NCBI GenBank assembly: GCA_951406725.2
Contig: OX597832.1
Coordinates: 58,094,001-58,158,000 of the forward strand
Length of the DNA: 64,000 nt
Reading direction: 5' to 3'
From: Octopus vulgaris
Lineage: Eukaryota
The notes under the pieces were generated by a model, which searched no databases, had not been told where the DNA came from, and saw only the letters and a program-made list of their open reading frames with translations. Numbering within the stretch: the stretch's first letter is position 1; the number at the start of each line of letters is the position of its first letter. This document shows positions 26,620 to 38,406 of the stretch, piece by piece. Position numbers and translations under genes: made by a program.

Positions 26620-27332
26620 TGCGGCGAGCTGGCGGAAACGTTGAAATGCTTAGCGCTATTTCGTCTACTGCCGCTACATTCTGAGTTCAAATTCCGCCGA
26701 GGTCGACTTTGCTTTTCATCTTTTCGGGATCGGTAAAATAAGTACTAGTTGCGTACTGGTGTCGATCTAATCGATCAGCCCCTCCCCCAAAATTTCAGGA
26801 CTTGTGCCTAGAGTAGAAAAGATTATTATTCCGGCGAGGTTGACTTTGCCTTTCATCCTTTCGGGGTCGATAAAATAAGTAGCAGTAAAACACTGGGAGC
26901 GACATAATCGCCTGGTCCCCTCCCTCAAAATTTCAGGCCTTGAGCCATTAATAAAAAGGATTATTATTATTATTATCAAGACGGCGAGCTGGCAGAGACG
27001 TTAGCGTGCCGGGCGAAATGCTAAGCGGTATTTCGTCTGCCGAGGTCGACTTTGCCTTTCATCCTTTCGGGGTTGATAAATTAAGTACCAGTTACGCACT
27101 GGGGTCGATATAATCGACATAATCCGTTTGGCTATCCTTGTTTGTCCCCTCTGTGTTTAGCCCCTTGTGGGTAGTAGAGAAACAGGTATTTCGTCTGCCG
27201 CTACATTCTGAGTTCAAATTCCGCAGAGGTCGACTTTGAGTTTCATCTTTTCGGGGTCGATAAAAGTCGATGCAATCGACTAGTCCCCTCCCCCGAAATT
27301 TCAGGCCTTGTGCCTATAGTAGAAAGGATTAG
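26620..27332 (+). mobile_element. Tandem cluster of four family B SINE units
   Basis: GGTCGACTTTG / TTTCGGGGT.GATAAA core recurs four times. Confidence 0.85.
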
Positions 27333-28093
27333 CATTATTATTATTATTCATTGCTTGGTCTATATGTTCTATGATAACATGGAGGGTTTGATATCTAAAC
27401 TGTAAGCCTTAGCCAAGAATAGGATGATAGCTTAATATAATTTCACCAAATAATATTCTGATGGAAGAAAACCATTAAACTGACACGTACTAGTCAAGAG
27501 TAATATTATTTATGGTGCAGTCTTTTTTATTCTGCTCGTACTGCTTATCAGATAAAAAGCCGCCGTTTCCTACTTAATATAGATGTTACGCGGAAATTTC
27601 TTTTCCTACAGACACCGTGCGTTTGTCTGCATGTATGTATGAGCAAATCTATGTTTGTGCGTGTGTATATATTATATATAGGAGTGTGTGCGTTCGTTCG
27701 TTCGTGTTTTAAGAGGTATACCATAAAAACATTAACTGTAACACAATAAAACATTAAGGTTGTAGCTTAAACCATTAAGCGTTGTAACATGGTGATGTTA
27801 GCGGCCAGTTTATTATTTATTATACCTGAGTAGAAATGTTTTGTTGTCGGAAGGGGTTCTAAAGTACTTGAAAAATCTAAAAGCATTTTGTGGGATTGTG
27901 AGGAAAACTTTCACGGCATTCCTCTATAATGAATTCGACACGTTTTTGTGGTTGGCTTTTGTTGTTTAGCCCAAGGTCTGTCTTAATCAAGCAAGACTTG
28001 TGATTAAAGTATTCTATCCGTGTCAACCCGTATCGTTTCTAATGTACGAGAAAGTCTGACGGAAATTATCAGATGCGCCAAAGTAGATTGGAG

Positions 28094-28461
28094 GGTACAA
28101 CTTAAATACAGAGGTCCCGACACACCCACGTAAACGTAACCCTAAAAACTAACCCCCTAACCCTAAAATTAACCCTAACGAGTGTGGGTACTATTTAAAA
28201 AGAGTGGTCCCGGTGCGCGTACTCGCGCATCCGCGCTAGCTAGCCGTGACTAGTCGATCCTGTAACGACTACCTAGCAAAGTAAATAAAACACAAAATAA
28301 AATTTTTTGAAAACAAAGTAAATAAAACAAAGTAAGGATCGACTAGTCACGACTAGCTTGCGTGAGTATGCGAGTGCACGTACCGGGACCAGTCTTCTTA
28401 AATAGAACCCGAGTGTGCACTGTAAAAACATCGTTACGTAGATCCGTATTTAAGTAGTGTC
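28094..28461. mobile_element. Merlin-type MITE (outer), with telomere-like TAACCC repeats
   Basis: Ends GGTACAACTTAAATAC / GTATTTAAGTAGTGTC; 8-bp flanks GATTGGAG / GATGGGAA; related to 29207-29308. Confidence 0.7.
28187..28409. mobile_element. Merlin-type MITE nested in the outer MITE
   Basis: ~75-bp imperfect TIRs GGTACTATTTAA...CTAGTCGATCCT / AGGATCGACTAG...TTAAATAGAACC; perfect 8-bp TSD CGAGTGTG at 28179-28186 and 28410-28417. Confidence 0.85.
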
Positions 28462-28734
28462 GATGGGAATGATGTGAGGGTGATTTGACAGCTATCTCTT
28501 GCATGTCGAACGACTACGTAAAAGTTCCCTCGTTTGGCCTCTGAATTCATTATATTTATGTTTAATGTGAAATTATTTTCTTCCCAATGAGAAGAAGAAC
28601 CTTTCTGGTTCATGCTATTTGTTTATGTACATCCTAACGTAGCAACCACGTGGCGCAGGAAAAGAGTTGATACATTTTAGGTGACCCGAGGTTCCCAATT
28701 AGTTTTGGTTCTTGATTAAAGCCATATTCTAAGC

Positions 28735-28915
28735 GGTACTAGTAGCGTAGACTGGACCCGGTTTGCGGCGCGAATCGGGGGGTGCGATAAAAGTATATAT
28801 CGTATATATCATGCATGCGCCAGTCAGCTCGTAGGATCGACTGTCTACGTCAGGGTAGCGCGGACGCGCGTCTGCGCGTGTGCGCAAACCGGGTCCAGTC
28901 TACGCTACTAGTACC
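28735..28915. mobile_element. Young Merlin-type MITE
   Basis: Perfect 33-bp TIR GGTACTAGTAGCGTAGACTGGACCCGGTTTGCG; perfect 9-bp TSD ATTCTAAGC at 28726-28734 and 28916-28924. Confidence 0.9.
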
Positions 28916-29206
28916 ATTCTAAGCATTAGTATCGGCCTGAATTTCCTCTAAAATAGCCCATTTTAATTCTTCATTAAAGTGCAAGAACTTTCGGTGTTAT
29001 TGAAAAAAATATCCATTATTTCAGCTTCAGATTATTTTAACGTTAACTCGACACAAAATAGAAGCAAAACAACTACAACCCCTGCCCCACAAAAAAAAAA
29101 ATCAAAATGTCTGAAAAACAAAACCCCGAAAATATACATCATGTAATGAAGTCCGTAATAAATTATATATTGGAAAAAAAAAATCAAGATGGTACGGTCA
29201 TAGTAG

Positions 29207-29308
29207 GGTACTATTAAATGCAGAGGACTCGACTCATCGACGTAACCATAACGAGAGTGCACTGTAAAAAGATCGTTTGCATCGGGACCTCTGTATTTAA
29301 GTAGCACC
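29207..29308. mobile_element. Short Merlin-type MITE (uninterrupted relative of 28094-28461)
   Basis: Ends GGTACTATTAAATGCAGAGG / CCTCTGTATTTAAGTAGCACC; flanks CATAGTAG / CTTAGTAG; contains ACGAGAGTGCACTGTAAAAA. Confidence 0.8.
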
Positions 29309-29627
29309 CTTAGTAGGAAGGCCTTTAAACACAAATCTGATAATCTGGTTGGGTCCGTGTGTAAAAACAACAGAATATTTCTGGCATTTAGTTTTCGAAC
29401 ATAAAACGGTTAAACATTTCAGTGGAAGCTGTGAAAGCTGGAATTCAGGGAAGAAACGACAAAAATAAGTATTAAATTCTAAAAAGAAACCTAGCTTTAT
29501 TACTTACGGTAATCCCAAACGTGGCTTGTGTAGTAAGCTCCAGGAAAACTGCTGTTACATTGTTTGTATTTCTTTATTGAAGGCTTTTCGGTTTATTCAC
29601 CTCTCCCAATATAATACAAGAGAAGGA

Positions 29628-30862
29628 AGGCGGCGAGCTGCTAGAACCATTAGCATACCGGACAAAATGCTTAGCGGTGTTACGCTTGTTTATGTTCCGT
29701 GTTCAAATTCCGCCCAGGTGGAATTTGCTTTTCATCCTTTCGGGCTTGATAAAAATTAGCACCAGTTAAGCACCGGGATCAATGTAAGACATCCATCCCC
29801 CTGCGATTGCTAACATTGTGTGACAAAATTTGAAGCAAATGTCACCCCCTTTTGCCATTACAAAGCGTACATGCTATGTAATAGCTAAAGGGGTGACAAC
29901 ATCACACTTCCAGCGTATCTTGGCTTAGCGTAATTTCTTCTGAGTTCAAATTACGTTGAAGTCGACTTTGCCTTTCATCCATTCAGGATCGATAAAATAA
30001 GTACCAGTTGAGTGCTGGGGATTGATGTAATCGACATAACTCTTCCCTTCAAAAGACTGCTGGCCTTGTTCCCACAATTAAAAAAAAAAAAAAGTGGTTA
30101 CTAGGTAGGTGAGCTGGGGATATTCGTTAGCGCATCGGACAAAATACTTACGTCTTTACGTTCTGAGTTCAAATTCCGCCGAGGGTCGACTTTGTTCTTC
30201 ATCCTTTCGTAGTCGATAAAATAAGTGCCAGTTGAGAAGTGGGGGTTGGTGTAATCGACGTTTCTTTCCCCTCAAAAACTGTTGGCCGTGTGTCAAAAAT
30301 TTGAAACGATTATTTGGGATTAATATTGTGGCTATCTGGCAGAATCTTTCGGGGTCGATAAATTAAGTACCAGTTACGCACTGAGATCGATGTAATCGAC
30401 GTAATTCCTTTGTCTGTTCTTGTTTGTCCCCTCTATGTTTAGCCCCTTGTGGGCAATAAAGAAATAAGAATCTTTAGCATGCCGGATACAATACCTAACG
30501 GATATTTCTTCCAACATTTTATATTCCGAGTTCAAATGCCGCCGAGGTCGATTTTGTCTTTAATCTTTTCGGAGTAATCGAACTAACTCATAAAAACTGC
30601 TGATGCTGAGGAAAAAATTTGAAGCTATTGTTTGTGCTGAAAATTATTCTAAAGCGAAAGATCACCTTAACGAGTCTACCTGCTTGTCGCCTTAAAATAT
30701 TAATTTCTCTATTGCCCACAGGGGGATAAACATAGAGGGGACAAACAAGGACAGACAAAAGGATTAAGTCGATTACATCGACCCCAGTGCTCAACTGGTA
30801 CCTATTTAATCGACCACGAAAGGCAAAATCGACCTCTGCGGAATTTGAACTTAGACCGTAAT
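29628..30862. mobile_element. Cluster of family B SINEs (+ to ~30580; - at 30702-30862, cut by the gap)
   Basis: Repeated head, core and tail motifs. Confidence 0.75.
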
Positions 30863-30962
30863 NNNNNNNNNNNNNNNNNNNNNNNNNNNNNNNNNNNNNN
30901 NNNNNNNNNNNNNNNNNNNNNNNNNNNNNNNNNNNNNNNNNNNNNNNNNNNNNNNNNNNNNN
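30863..30962. other. Assembly gap (100 N)
   Basis: Run of N. Confidence 1.
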
Positions 30963-31699
30963 GCCCCTATATCTCTAGCCAGTTGACTCGGCTTGAAGAA
31001 ACTGGCTTACGATTCTTTTCTGCAACTTTCTATTCACATATCCGTAATACTAGAGCTCTGACTTCCCAATTCAACCTTTGGAGACTAACTGATCTCCGAG
31101 TTACGCATCCCCGAGTTACGCATCTCCGAGTTACGCAATTTGACAAGTAACGTTATACCAGAGATTCCCCTGAGTAACCTCCACTGCGGCCGCTTATATT
31201 CACAACCGTACTCTTTCGGTAAGTGAGGATAGGCACGAAAATAGAATTGAAGGTATCGAATTATCTAAATCATATCCTATGATATAAAAAAGAAGATTAC
31301 GTTGGCTATTGTGATCTGAGGCACAAACTGCTTGAAAAATAATAGGGGCTAGCTAATCATGTTTGACATGTGTTTCATCGCGAGTTTGCTCAATCTATGC
31401 TAACTTGGGGTTAAACAACAGCAATAAAAATAAAATTTTTGTCCCGACCCAAACCAAAAAAAAAAAAAAGGAAGAGAGAAAATATCAGTGAAATCTCTCT
31501 TAAGTCACATCTTGTGTAGGGGACAAGGGTATATTAGTAATGTAGTCACATATTGTCTTCAAACGATTGGATGATTAAAGTTGGAGCAAATTTGACCAAT
31601 GATCTCTAAGACCAAGGTTTCTCTGGGGCTAAAAAAACTAGAGCAACAACATGGCCTTTGACCTTTCAACCACTGAGCCAACCAACGATCTATTCTATA

Positions 31700-31898
31700 C
31701 TCTTTACTATTTTACTCTTTTACTTGTTTCAGTCATTTGACTGTGGCCATGCTGGAGCACTACCTTTAGTCGAACAAATCGAACCCAGGACTTATTCTTT
31801 GCAAGCCTAGTACTTGTTCTATCGGTCTCTTTTGCCGAACCGCTAAGCATCGGTTGTCAAGCGACGTTAGGGAGACAAACACAGACACACAAACATAT

Positions 31899-31931
<33 letters not shown>

Positions 31932-31932
31932 A

Positions 31933-31985
<53 letters not shown>

Positions 31986-32158
31986 CATATATACGACGGG
32001 CTTCTTTCAGTTTCCGTCTACCAAATCCACTCACAAGGCTTTGGTCGGCCCGAAGGCTATAGTAGAAGACACTTGCCCAAGGTGCCATGCAGTGGGACTG
32101 AACCCGGAACGATGTGGTTGGTAAGCAAGCTACATGCCACACAGCTACTCCTACGCCT
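31700..32158 (-). mobile_element. SINE family A, near full length
   Basis: Reverse complement of family A with internal (CA)n. Confidence 0.85.
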
Positions 32159-32550
32159 ACTATGGCGAAAGGCTTGATCTTTCTGAGCAAAAAAAAAAAA
32201 TTTTAAAAGTCAAAAGAAAAAGAAAAGGAGGAACAGTCACAGATTAACTCACCCTAATTTCAGCACTTCAGTAAATGAAGTTTTTTTTTTCTTCTTAAAA
32301 ATTCTTTGATTATTGAATAGAAACGTTTTGAAGTAAAAATAAAGGAGACAAAAAATAAAAGCAATTAGGAATATTTTCGCTAGTTTATTTCGCGTAATTC
32401 CAAAATGTGAGGTAAGGGATATGGTTCAAGCTGAAACAAGAGTGTAGATTTAGATAATTGAAACAGGTGGTGATGACAACGGACACAGAACATTCCATAT
32501 GAATTGAAATTATACTTTTACTGATAAAAAATAATATATGTCTATATTAT

Positions 32551-32609
32551 ATATACTTTGGTATATATATGTCTTGTTATTTGCAAGACATATATATACC
32601 AAAGTATAT
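32551..32609. repeat. Perfect hairpin, 26-bp arms, 7-nt loop
   Basis: ATATACTTTGGTATATATATGTCTTG-TTATTTG-CAAGACATATATATACCAAAGTATAT. Confidence 0.9.
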
Positions 32610-32655
32610 GCGAATATAAATGCCGTGTATGTACATATACGTGTGTGTGTGTGTG

Positions 32656-32987
32656 AAGGCGCATGGCTTAGTGGTTAGAGCGTCGAGCTTACGATCGCGA
32701 GGTTGTGAGTTCGAATCCCGGACTGGGCTGCGTTTTGTGTTCTTGAGCAAGACACTTTATTTCATGTTGCTCCAGTTTACTCAGCTGTAGAAATGAGATG
32801 TGACGTCACAGGTGTCAAGCTGTATCGGCCGTTGCCTTTCCCTTGGATAATACTGGTGGCGTGGAGACGGGAGGCCGGTATGCATGGCGACTGCTGGTCT
32901 TCCATAAACAACCTTGCCCGGACTTGTGCCTGGAAGGGTAACTTTCTAGGGGCAATCTCATGGTCGGTCATGACATAAGGGAGTCTC
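32656..32987 (+). mobile_element. tRNA(Arg-like)-CORE SINE family C
   Basis: TGGCTTAGTGG box A, ACG in the anticodon-like loop, GTTCGAATCC box B, CORE-like TGTGTTCTTGAGCAAGACACTT...CTCAGCTGTAGAAATG; second copy at 56449-56760. Confidence 0.85.
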
Positions 32988-33945
32988 AGCAGCTCAGCTC
33001 AATGTGTGTGTGTGTGTGGAGAGAGAGAGAGTGAGAGAGAGTGAGCAAGGGCAAGTTGAAGTGTGCATATTATTAATTCCAGACGTTTGCAATAATAGAA
33101 CAAAGTGGTATACGACATGAAGACATTTTGAAAATATTCAAATCACAAAGTTTTTTAGTTTTGTTAACCACAGTCGTTCGAGGGATCGGAAACACGAAAC
33201 TCAGTATAACAATTTATGAACATACAGCATTCATTCAATATATTAAAACAATTCTGCTTCCAGCATCGAATACTCTTCTACCTTTTGATTACTCCCATGC
33301 GATTATATATACGTACATGTATGCGAGCGCGTGTATGTATGTCTGAGAGCTCGACCCACCATACCTCTGTATATATGAATAATGTTTAATTTAATAGTCT
33401 AAGCTCTGTGTGGTGCAATCTGAAATTAGCACATTTGCATATTGGTTGAAATTCTGTAATTAGTCATTTAATTGGCATTGCTGCAGTTTAATTGCATTTG
33501 TTTGAGCAGAGTTGAGTTACGTAACTTGTCTTAACTTTTGCTTGTTGCTTGCAAATCTATGAGTCAGTGCCATTATGGCTGTCAGTTCGGAAGCATGCAT
33601 GTGTGTGCGTGTTTGTATATGTATGTATGTATGAATGTATGTATGTGTATATATATGTATGTATATATATATATATATATATATATGCATGTTAGTGTGT
33701 TATGTATGGGTGTGTGTTTGTATGTGTGATTTTTATATATGTATGGCTTTATACATACACACACATAAATACTCACACACATAAACACGCACACATATAT
33801 ACACGCACATAAGTTCTTGCATGTGTATACATACATGCATACGTACATATAGATACATATGCATATATCCGTACATATACATACACATGCATAGCCATAA
33901 ATATATTTATAAACTTACATGCATGCACATATACGCAAACCTATG

Positions 33946-34000
<55 letters not shown>

Positions 34001-34016
34001 CTATATATCTCTATAA

Positions 34017-34055
<39 letters not shown>

Positions 34056-34137
34056 GCGTACGCAAAGGAAACGACAAAAGATTAAAAAAGAATAGAAAAA
34101 TGGAAGAATCAGACGACGAAGGAAAAGATAAAATTGA

Positions 34138-34173
34138 ATAATATTAATGGTAATAATAATATTAATAATAATA

Positions 34174-34252
<79 letters not shown>

Positions 34253-34293
34253 TATTATTATTATTATTATTATTATTATAATAATAATAATAA
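34138..34293. repeat. (AAT)n array with an internal switch to (ATT)n
   Basis: Directly visible; the two orientations are self-complementary. Confidence 0.9.
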
Positions 34294-34699
34294 CAGTAAA
34301 AGGAATAACAAATGATGCATCGATAATCTTCATCTTTTCTTAACAAATATAACACATCAATCGTTGGTAAACAGTTTCCTTAAATTTGTCAATATATCGT
34401 TAGATGATAGTGTCGTGTCATCTTAATGGTGGCATTTGATGTTCATCGCCATCTTAGCCTTTCATGTCGGTTTTTATATATTCTCCTTTTTTTATATTTT
34501 ACTTATACTTTATTTACAGTATTTTCTTTCATTTATTTTGTTGAATTTCTTTAAAGTTTAATATTTTCTGTCTAGATATAATGTCAGTTGATTTCTTGAC
34601 TATTTATTATAACTCTGCTGCGTAAGAAATACTAAAATTTAGGTAATTAGTACGGTGTAATTAATTGTGAAAAGATTGCTGGTGATATGTGTTCTTTTT

Positions 34700-34905
34700 A
34701 AGGCAATGAGCTGGCAGAATCGTTAGCACGCCGGGCGAAATGCTTAGCAGTATTTCGTTCGTCTTTGTTTTGAGTTCAAAATTTCACCTAGGTTGACTTT
34801 GCCTTTCATCCTTTCGGAGTCGATAAAATAAGTACCAGTCATACAATAGCGTCGATGTAATTGACTTACTCCCGCCAACGAAATTGCTGGCCTTATGTTA
34901 AAGTT
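34700..34905 (+). mobile_element. Family B SINE
   Basis: Head, box B, Meta-like core. Confidence 0.8.
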
Positions 34906-35389
34906 TTAAACCTATCTGTCTTTCTTTCCTTCACAAGATTTCTGTTTCATAGTAGAATCGATAGAACGACAGACGAAATATATGGAGGGTAATATCATTA
35001 CGACCCCTAAGGTTCTGAGTTCAAGTCAAACCGACGAGGTTCATCGTGTCTTTTATCTTACCGGAATCAATAAAACAAGTAAAAATATGGCAACAAGATC
35101 GATCTAATCTATCATAATCTCTTCAATAATTTTCTGGCTTCCTGCCGTAAAAAAGGTGAGACGGCCAAGTGGGTGAATAGTCAAAGTGTCAGGTTATCTT
35201 CCGGAATTCTTTTTAGTTTTCCAGTCCTCAGAGTTGAAATCCAGCCGAAGTCAGTTTTAACCTTCATTCCTAAAAGATCGATAAATGGAGTACCGGTTAA
35301 GTGTTGGATCGATTCTACTCCTCTCACCAACCCCGACACACTTTGAATTGGCTGTCTTGCGCTTTTATACATACATGTATACATACACA

Positions 35390-35750
35390 ACCGGGTTTGT
35401 GATTAATCTTTATACTTTGTTTCTTTTCATTTGTCTTGCTCGCTTACGTTCGGGCATTTGCTGAAATTTCTTGAGAACAATCTATCCTTAGTGGCCAGAC
35501 CATATGGGGTCTACATCTAGCATAATGGATGTCCATTCAGTGGTCATCCCTCTTACGCCATAATAGATCATTAGCCCTACACACATTTTTCTCTCTCCTT
35601 GTTTCTCTTCTGTTTTTTTTCTGTGTCCCTTTCTGTAGAAGAGCGTAGGCTCGAAACGTTAAAGACTTTTTCACTTTCCGAGCGTTATACTAATACACCG
35701 GTTTGTTTTGTACACCATCTGTCTTCGTCTTTTGCTTTTTCGTAAACTCT

Positions 35751-35753
<3 letters not shown>
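35390..35753 (+). mobile_element. Penelope-like pLTR-type fragment with hammerhead motif, ending in (TA)n
   Basis: Contains motif 35629-35664; 5' part is similar to 3660-3790 (TTGTCTTGCTCG.TTACGTT...TTCTTGAGAACA...AGACCATA...TCTAGCATAA). Confidence 0.6.
35629..35664 (+). ncRNA. Minimal hammerhead motif (core variant CTGTAGA)
   Basis: CTTT-CTGTAGA-A-GAGC-GTAG-GCTC-GAA-ACGT-T-AAAG. Confidence 0.6.
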
Positions 35754-35815
<62 letters not shown>

Positions 35816-36004
35816 TATATACATACGTAAGTATGTGTGTGTATCTGTGTGTCTGTATTTATGCGTGTGTGTGTGTGTGTGTGTGCGTGCGTGCTCACAT
35901 ATACAAGTGTATATGTATACGTGCATGCGTGTGTTTGTGTAGATACTACGAAGTTGTCTTTAAAATATATACTGGTATTAAGTATTATATATATAGATGC
36001 AAAA

Positions 36005-36365
36005 GGTGAGTTTGTGGTAAGAAGCTTGCTTACCAGCGACATGGTTCCGAGTTCAGTGCCACTGCATGACACCTTGGGCAAGTGTCTTCTACTATAGCCT
36101 CGGGCCGATCAAGGCCTAATGAGTGGATTTGGTAGACGGAAGCTGATATATATATATATATATGTTATGTATGTATGTATATGTATATATTTGTATATCT
36201 GTGTTTGTTACTTGTCAACCGATGTAGGTGTGTTTACGTCCCCAGTAACTAGAGACCGATAGAATAAGTGCTAGGATTACAAAGAATAAGTTCTGGGGTC
36301 GATTTCTTCGACTAAAGGCGGTGCTGCAGCATGGCCGCAGTTAAATGACTGAAACAAGCAAAAGA
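36005..36365 (+). mobile_element. SINE family A
   Basis: Family A motifs in order. Confidence 0.8.
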
Positions 36366-36732
36366 AAAAATATATATCTGTGTGTGATTGTGTGTGTATG
36401 CACATGCTTGCGTCTGTGTATGTATGCACATATATAAGTATGTATATACATATATTTTTTTTCTTTGGGATAATAGTAAATTTTTTTCTTCCTCTGCAAA
36501 AATAAACCCAACCATTAAAAAACTGAAAAAGCTGTTGGTCCCCGTATAGCGAGTGTGCCTGTTACTTTTGCACGAAAGTACGTGTGTGTGTGCGCCCTCG
36601 CACGTGTGTGTAGTATGTACGTATGACCGTGTGCTTATACCAATCCAAGAAACCTGAGTAGAGAATTCCTGGCGTGTTTTAGAAAATTTCTCTGCACTAC
36701 TGATCGACAGCATTTCGAATGAGCTTACTCTG

Positions 36733-37120
36733 TTATTACCTCCACCTTAGCGAAGGCGAAAGTATTGTCTTCAGACGTGTATACTTGTTTGTTCGTTTGT
36801 ATGTGGATAAGATATCATAAGAACCGCTGAAAGGATTCGGATGAAACCTTCAGGGATGCTTGGCCTCATGACTGGCACGAATTGAGTAGATTTTGGGACC
36901 GATCCGATAGCGAACATATCGAACAAGGATTCTGGATTATTTTTCCGGTCTTTTTACTTATTTTTTGAGAGCGGTCGGGTTCATTTTTAGTATTCTCGTT
37001 TGTGAGAGCAGTCGATTTTATTTCAGATATTCTCATTTAAAAAATCCTTCACCGGCTAATCGTTGAGAGAACGTTGGTGTTGCCTTGGCGGAGGTTTGCG
37101 CTCTCTGAGTGCTCTTGTTT
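36733..37120 (+). mobile_element. Helentron/Helitron2-type non-autonomous element (HINE-like)
   Basis: 5' TTATTACCTCCACC pairs with subterminal GGCGGAGGT, followed by hairpin GCGCTC-TCT-GAGTGC and CTTGTTT end; GTTT-like microsatellite near the 5' end. Confidence 0.75.
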
Positions 37121-37507
37121 ATTAATGCAATGGAGTATAACTAGATTTTTTATGCAAAACTGTTGTGACATAGTGCGGCACACCTATAACAATAGGTACA
37201 AATAACAAACTATAAGCTGGATAGAGGAGCCATGCCTCCTCAGTTTACCATAAATATTCTCTTCTTTGCCTTATTTTAGCCAAGTCAATTTACATCTACG
37301 GGTCCACTCACCTCCGTAACCGTGTTTTTCTTTTTTGGTTCCCTGTGAAACCCATTATGCTTGCATCGTGTTGTTGTATTCATTGGAATGTTCTTCCAGT
37401 ATTCCTTTTCCTTTAAGGGTCGATATACTTTGGTTCAGGTCTGACTTTAATGGTCATGTGTCTATCATCAATATCCGTTGTATTTTTGCATTTTTATGTC
37501 TTTTTAC

Positions 37508-37872
37508 TCTCTCTCTTTTACTTGTTTCAATCATTTGACTGCGGCCATGCTGGAGCACCGCCTCTAATCGAGCAACTCGACCCCGGGACTTATTCTTTTG
37601 TAAGCCCAGTACTTATTCTATCGGTCTCTTTTGCCGAACCGCTAAGTAACGGGGACATAAACATACCAGCATCGGTTGTCAAGCAATGCTAGGTGGATAA
37701 ACACAGACACATAAACAAACATACACACATACATATATATATATACATATATACGACGGGCTTCTAATCAGTTTTCGTCTACCAAATCCACTCACAAGGC
37801 TTTGGTCGGCCCGAGGCTATAGTAGAAGACACTTGCCCACAAGCTACTTACCACACAGCCACTCCTGCGCCT
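37508..37872 (-). mobile_element. SINE family A with internal deletion
   Basis: Reverse complement of family A. Confidence 0.85.
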
Positions 37873-38208
37873 ATGTGTGTAGCTTCGAGAAAGTTATAAG
37901 ATGCTGCACTGACATTTTGGTACGAAGTCAACTATTCCCAGAGATGGGTAAATCGATTGCATCAACTCTAGAACTCAACCGGTACTTCTTTTACCGGCAT
38001 CGAAAATATGAAAGGCGTAGTCGACCTTGGCGGACGAGCAGAACAAGTCGAGCCTAGTGATGGTGGAGAAAGTTAACCACATGTTCGATAATTGATGTTG
38101 TGTGCCCTTTTGTCCCACAAATAGTTAAGAAGGAAGGCAAAAAAATAGACATATACAATTCTCTTAAATACGAGATGACCCGACTGTGAAAAATGAAGAA
38201 GGTGAAGA

Positions 38209-38370
38209 TAGGCGTAGGAGTGGCTGTGTGGTAAGTAGCTTGCTTACCAACCACATAGTTCTGGGTTCAGACCTACTGCGTGGTACCTTGGGCAAATATC
38301 TTCTACTATAGCCTTGGGCCAACCAGAGCCTTGTGAGTGGATTTGGTAGACGGAAACTAAAAGAAGCCCG

Positions 38371-38375
<5 letters not shown>
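38209..38375 (+). mobile_element. SINE family A 5' half, ending at (TA)n next to the LINE
   Basis: Family A head and body. Confidence 0.85.

Positions 38376-38404
<29 letters not shown>

Positions 38405-38406
<2 letters not shown>

Noticed and set aside
30845-31150. 101-aa ORF spanning the gap, with three 15-bp repeats ATCTCCGAGTTACGC
   Set aside because: It reads through Ns; at most a faint LINE endonuclease-like remnant.
32656-32730. tRNA-Arg gene (also tRNA-like heads at 5282, 49299, 56449)
   Set aside because: No closed acceptor stem or T-run terminator; each continues into a SINE body.
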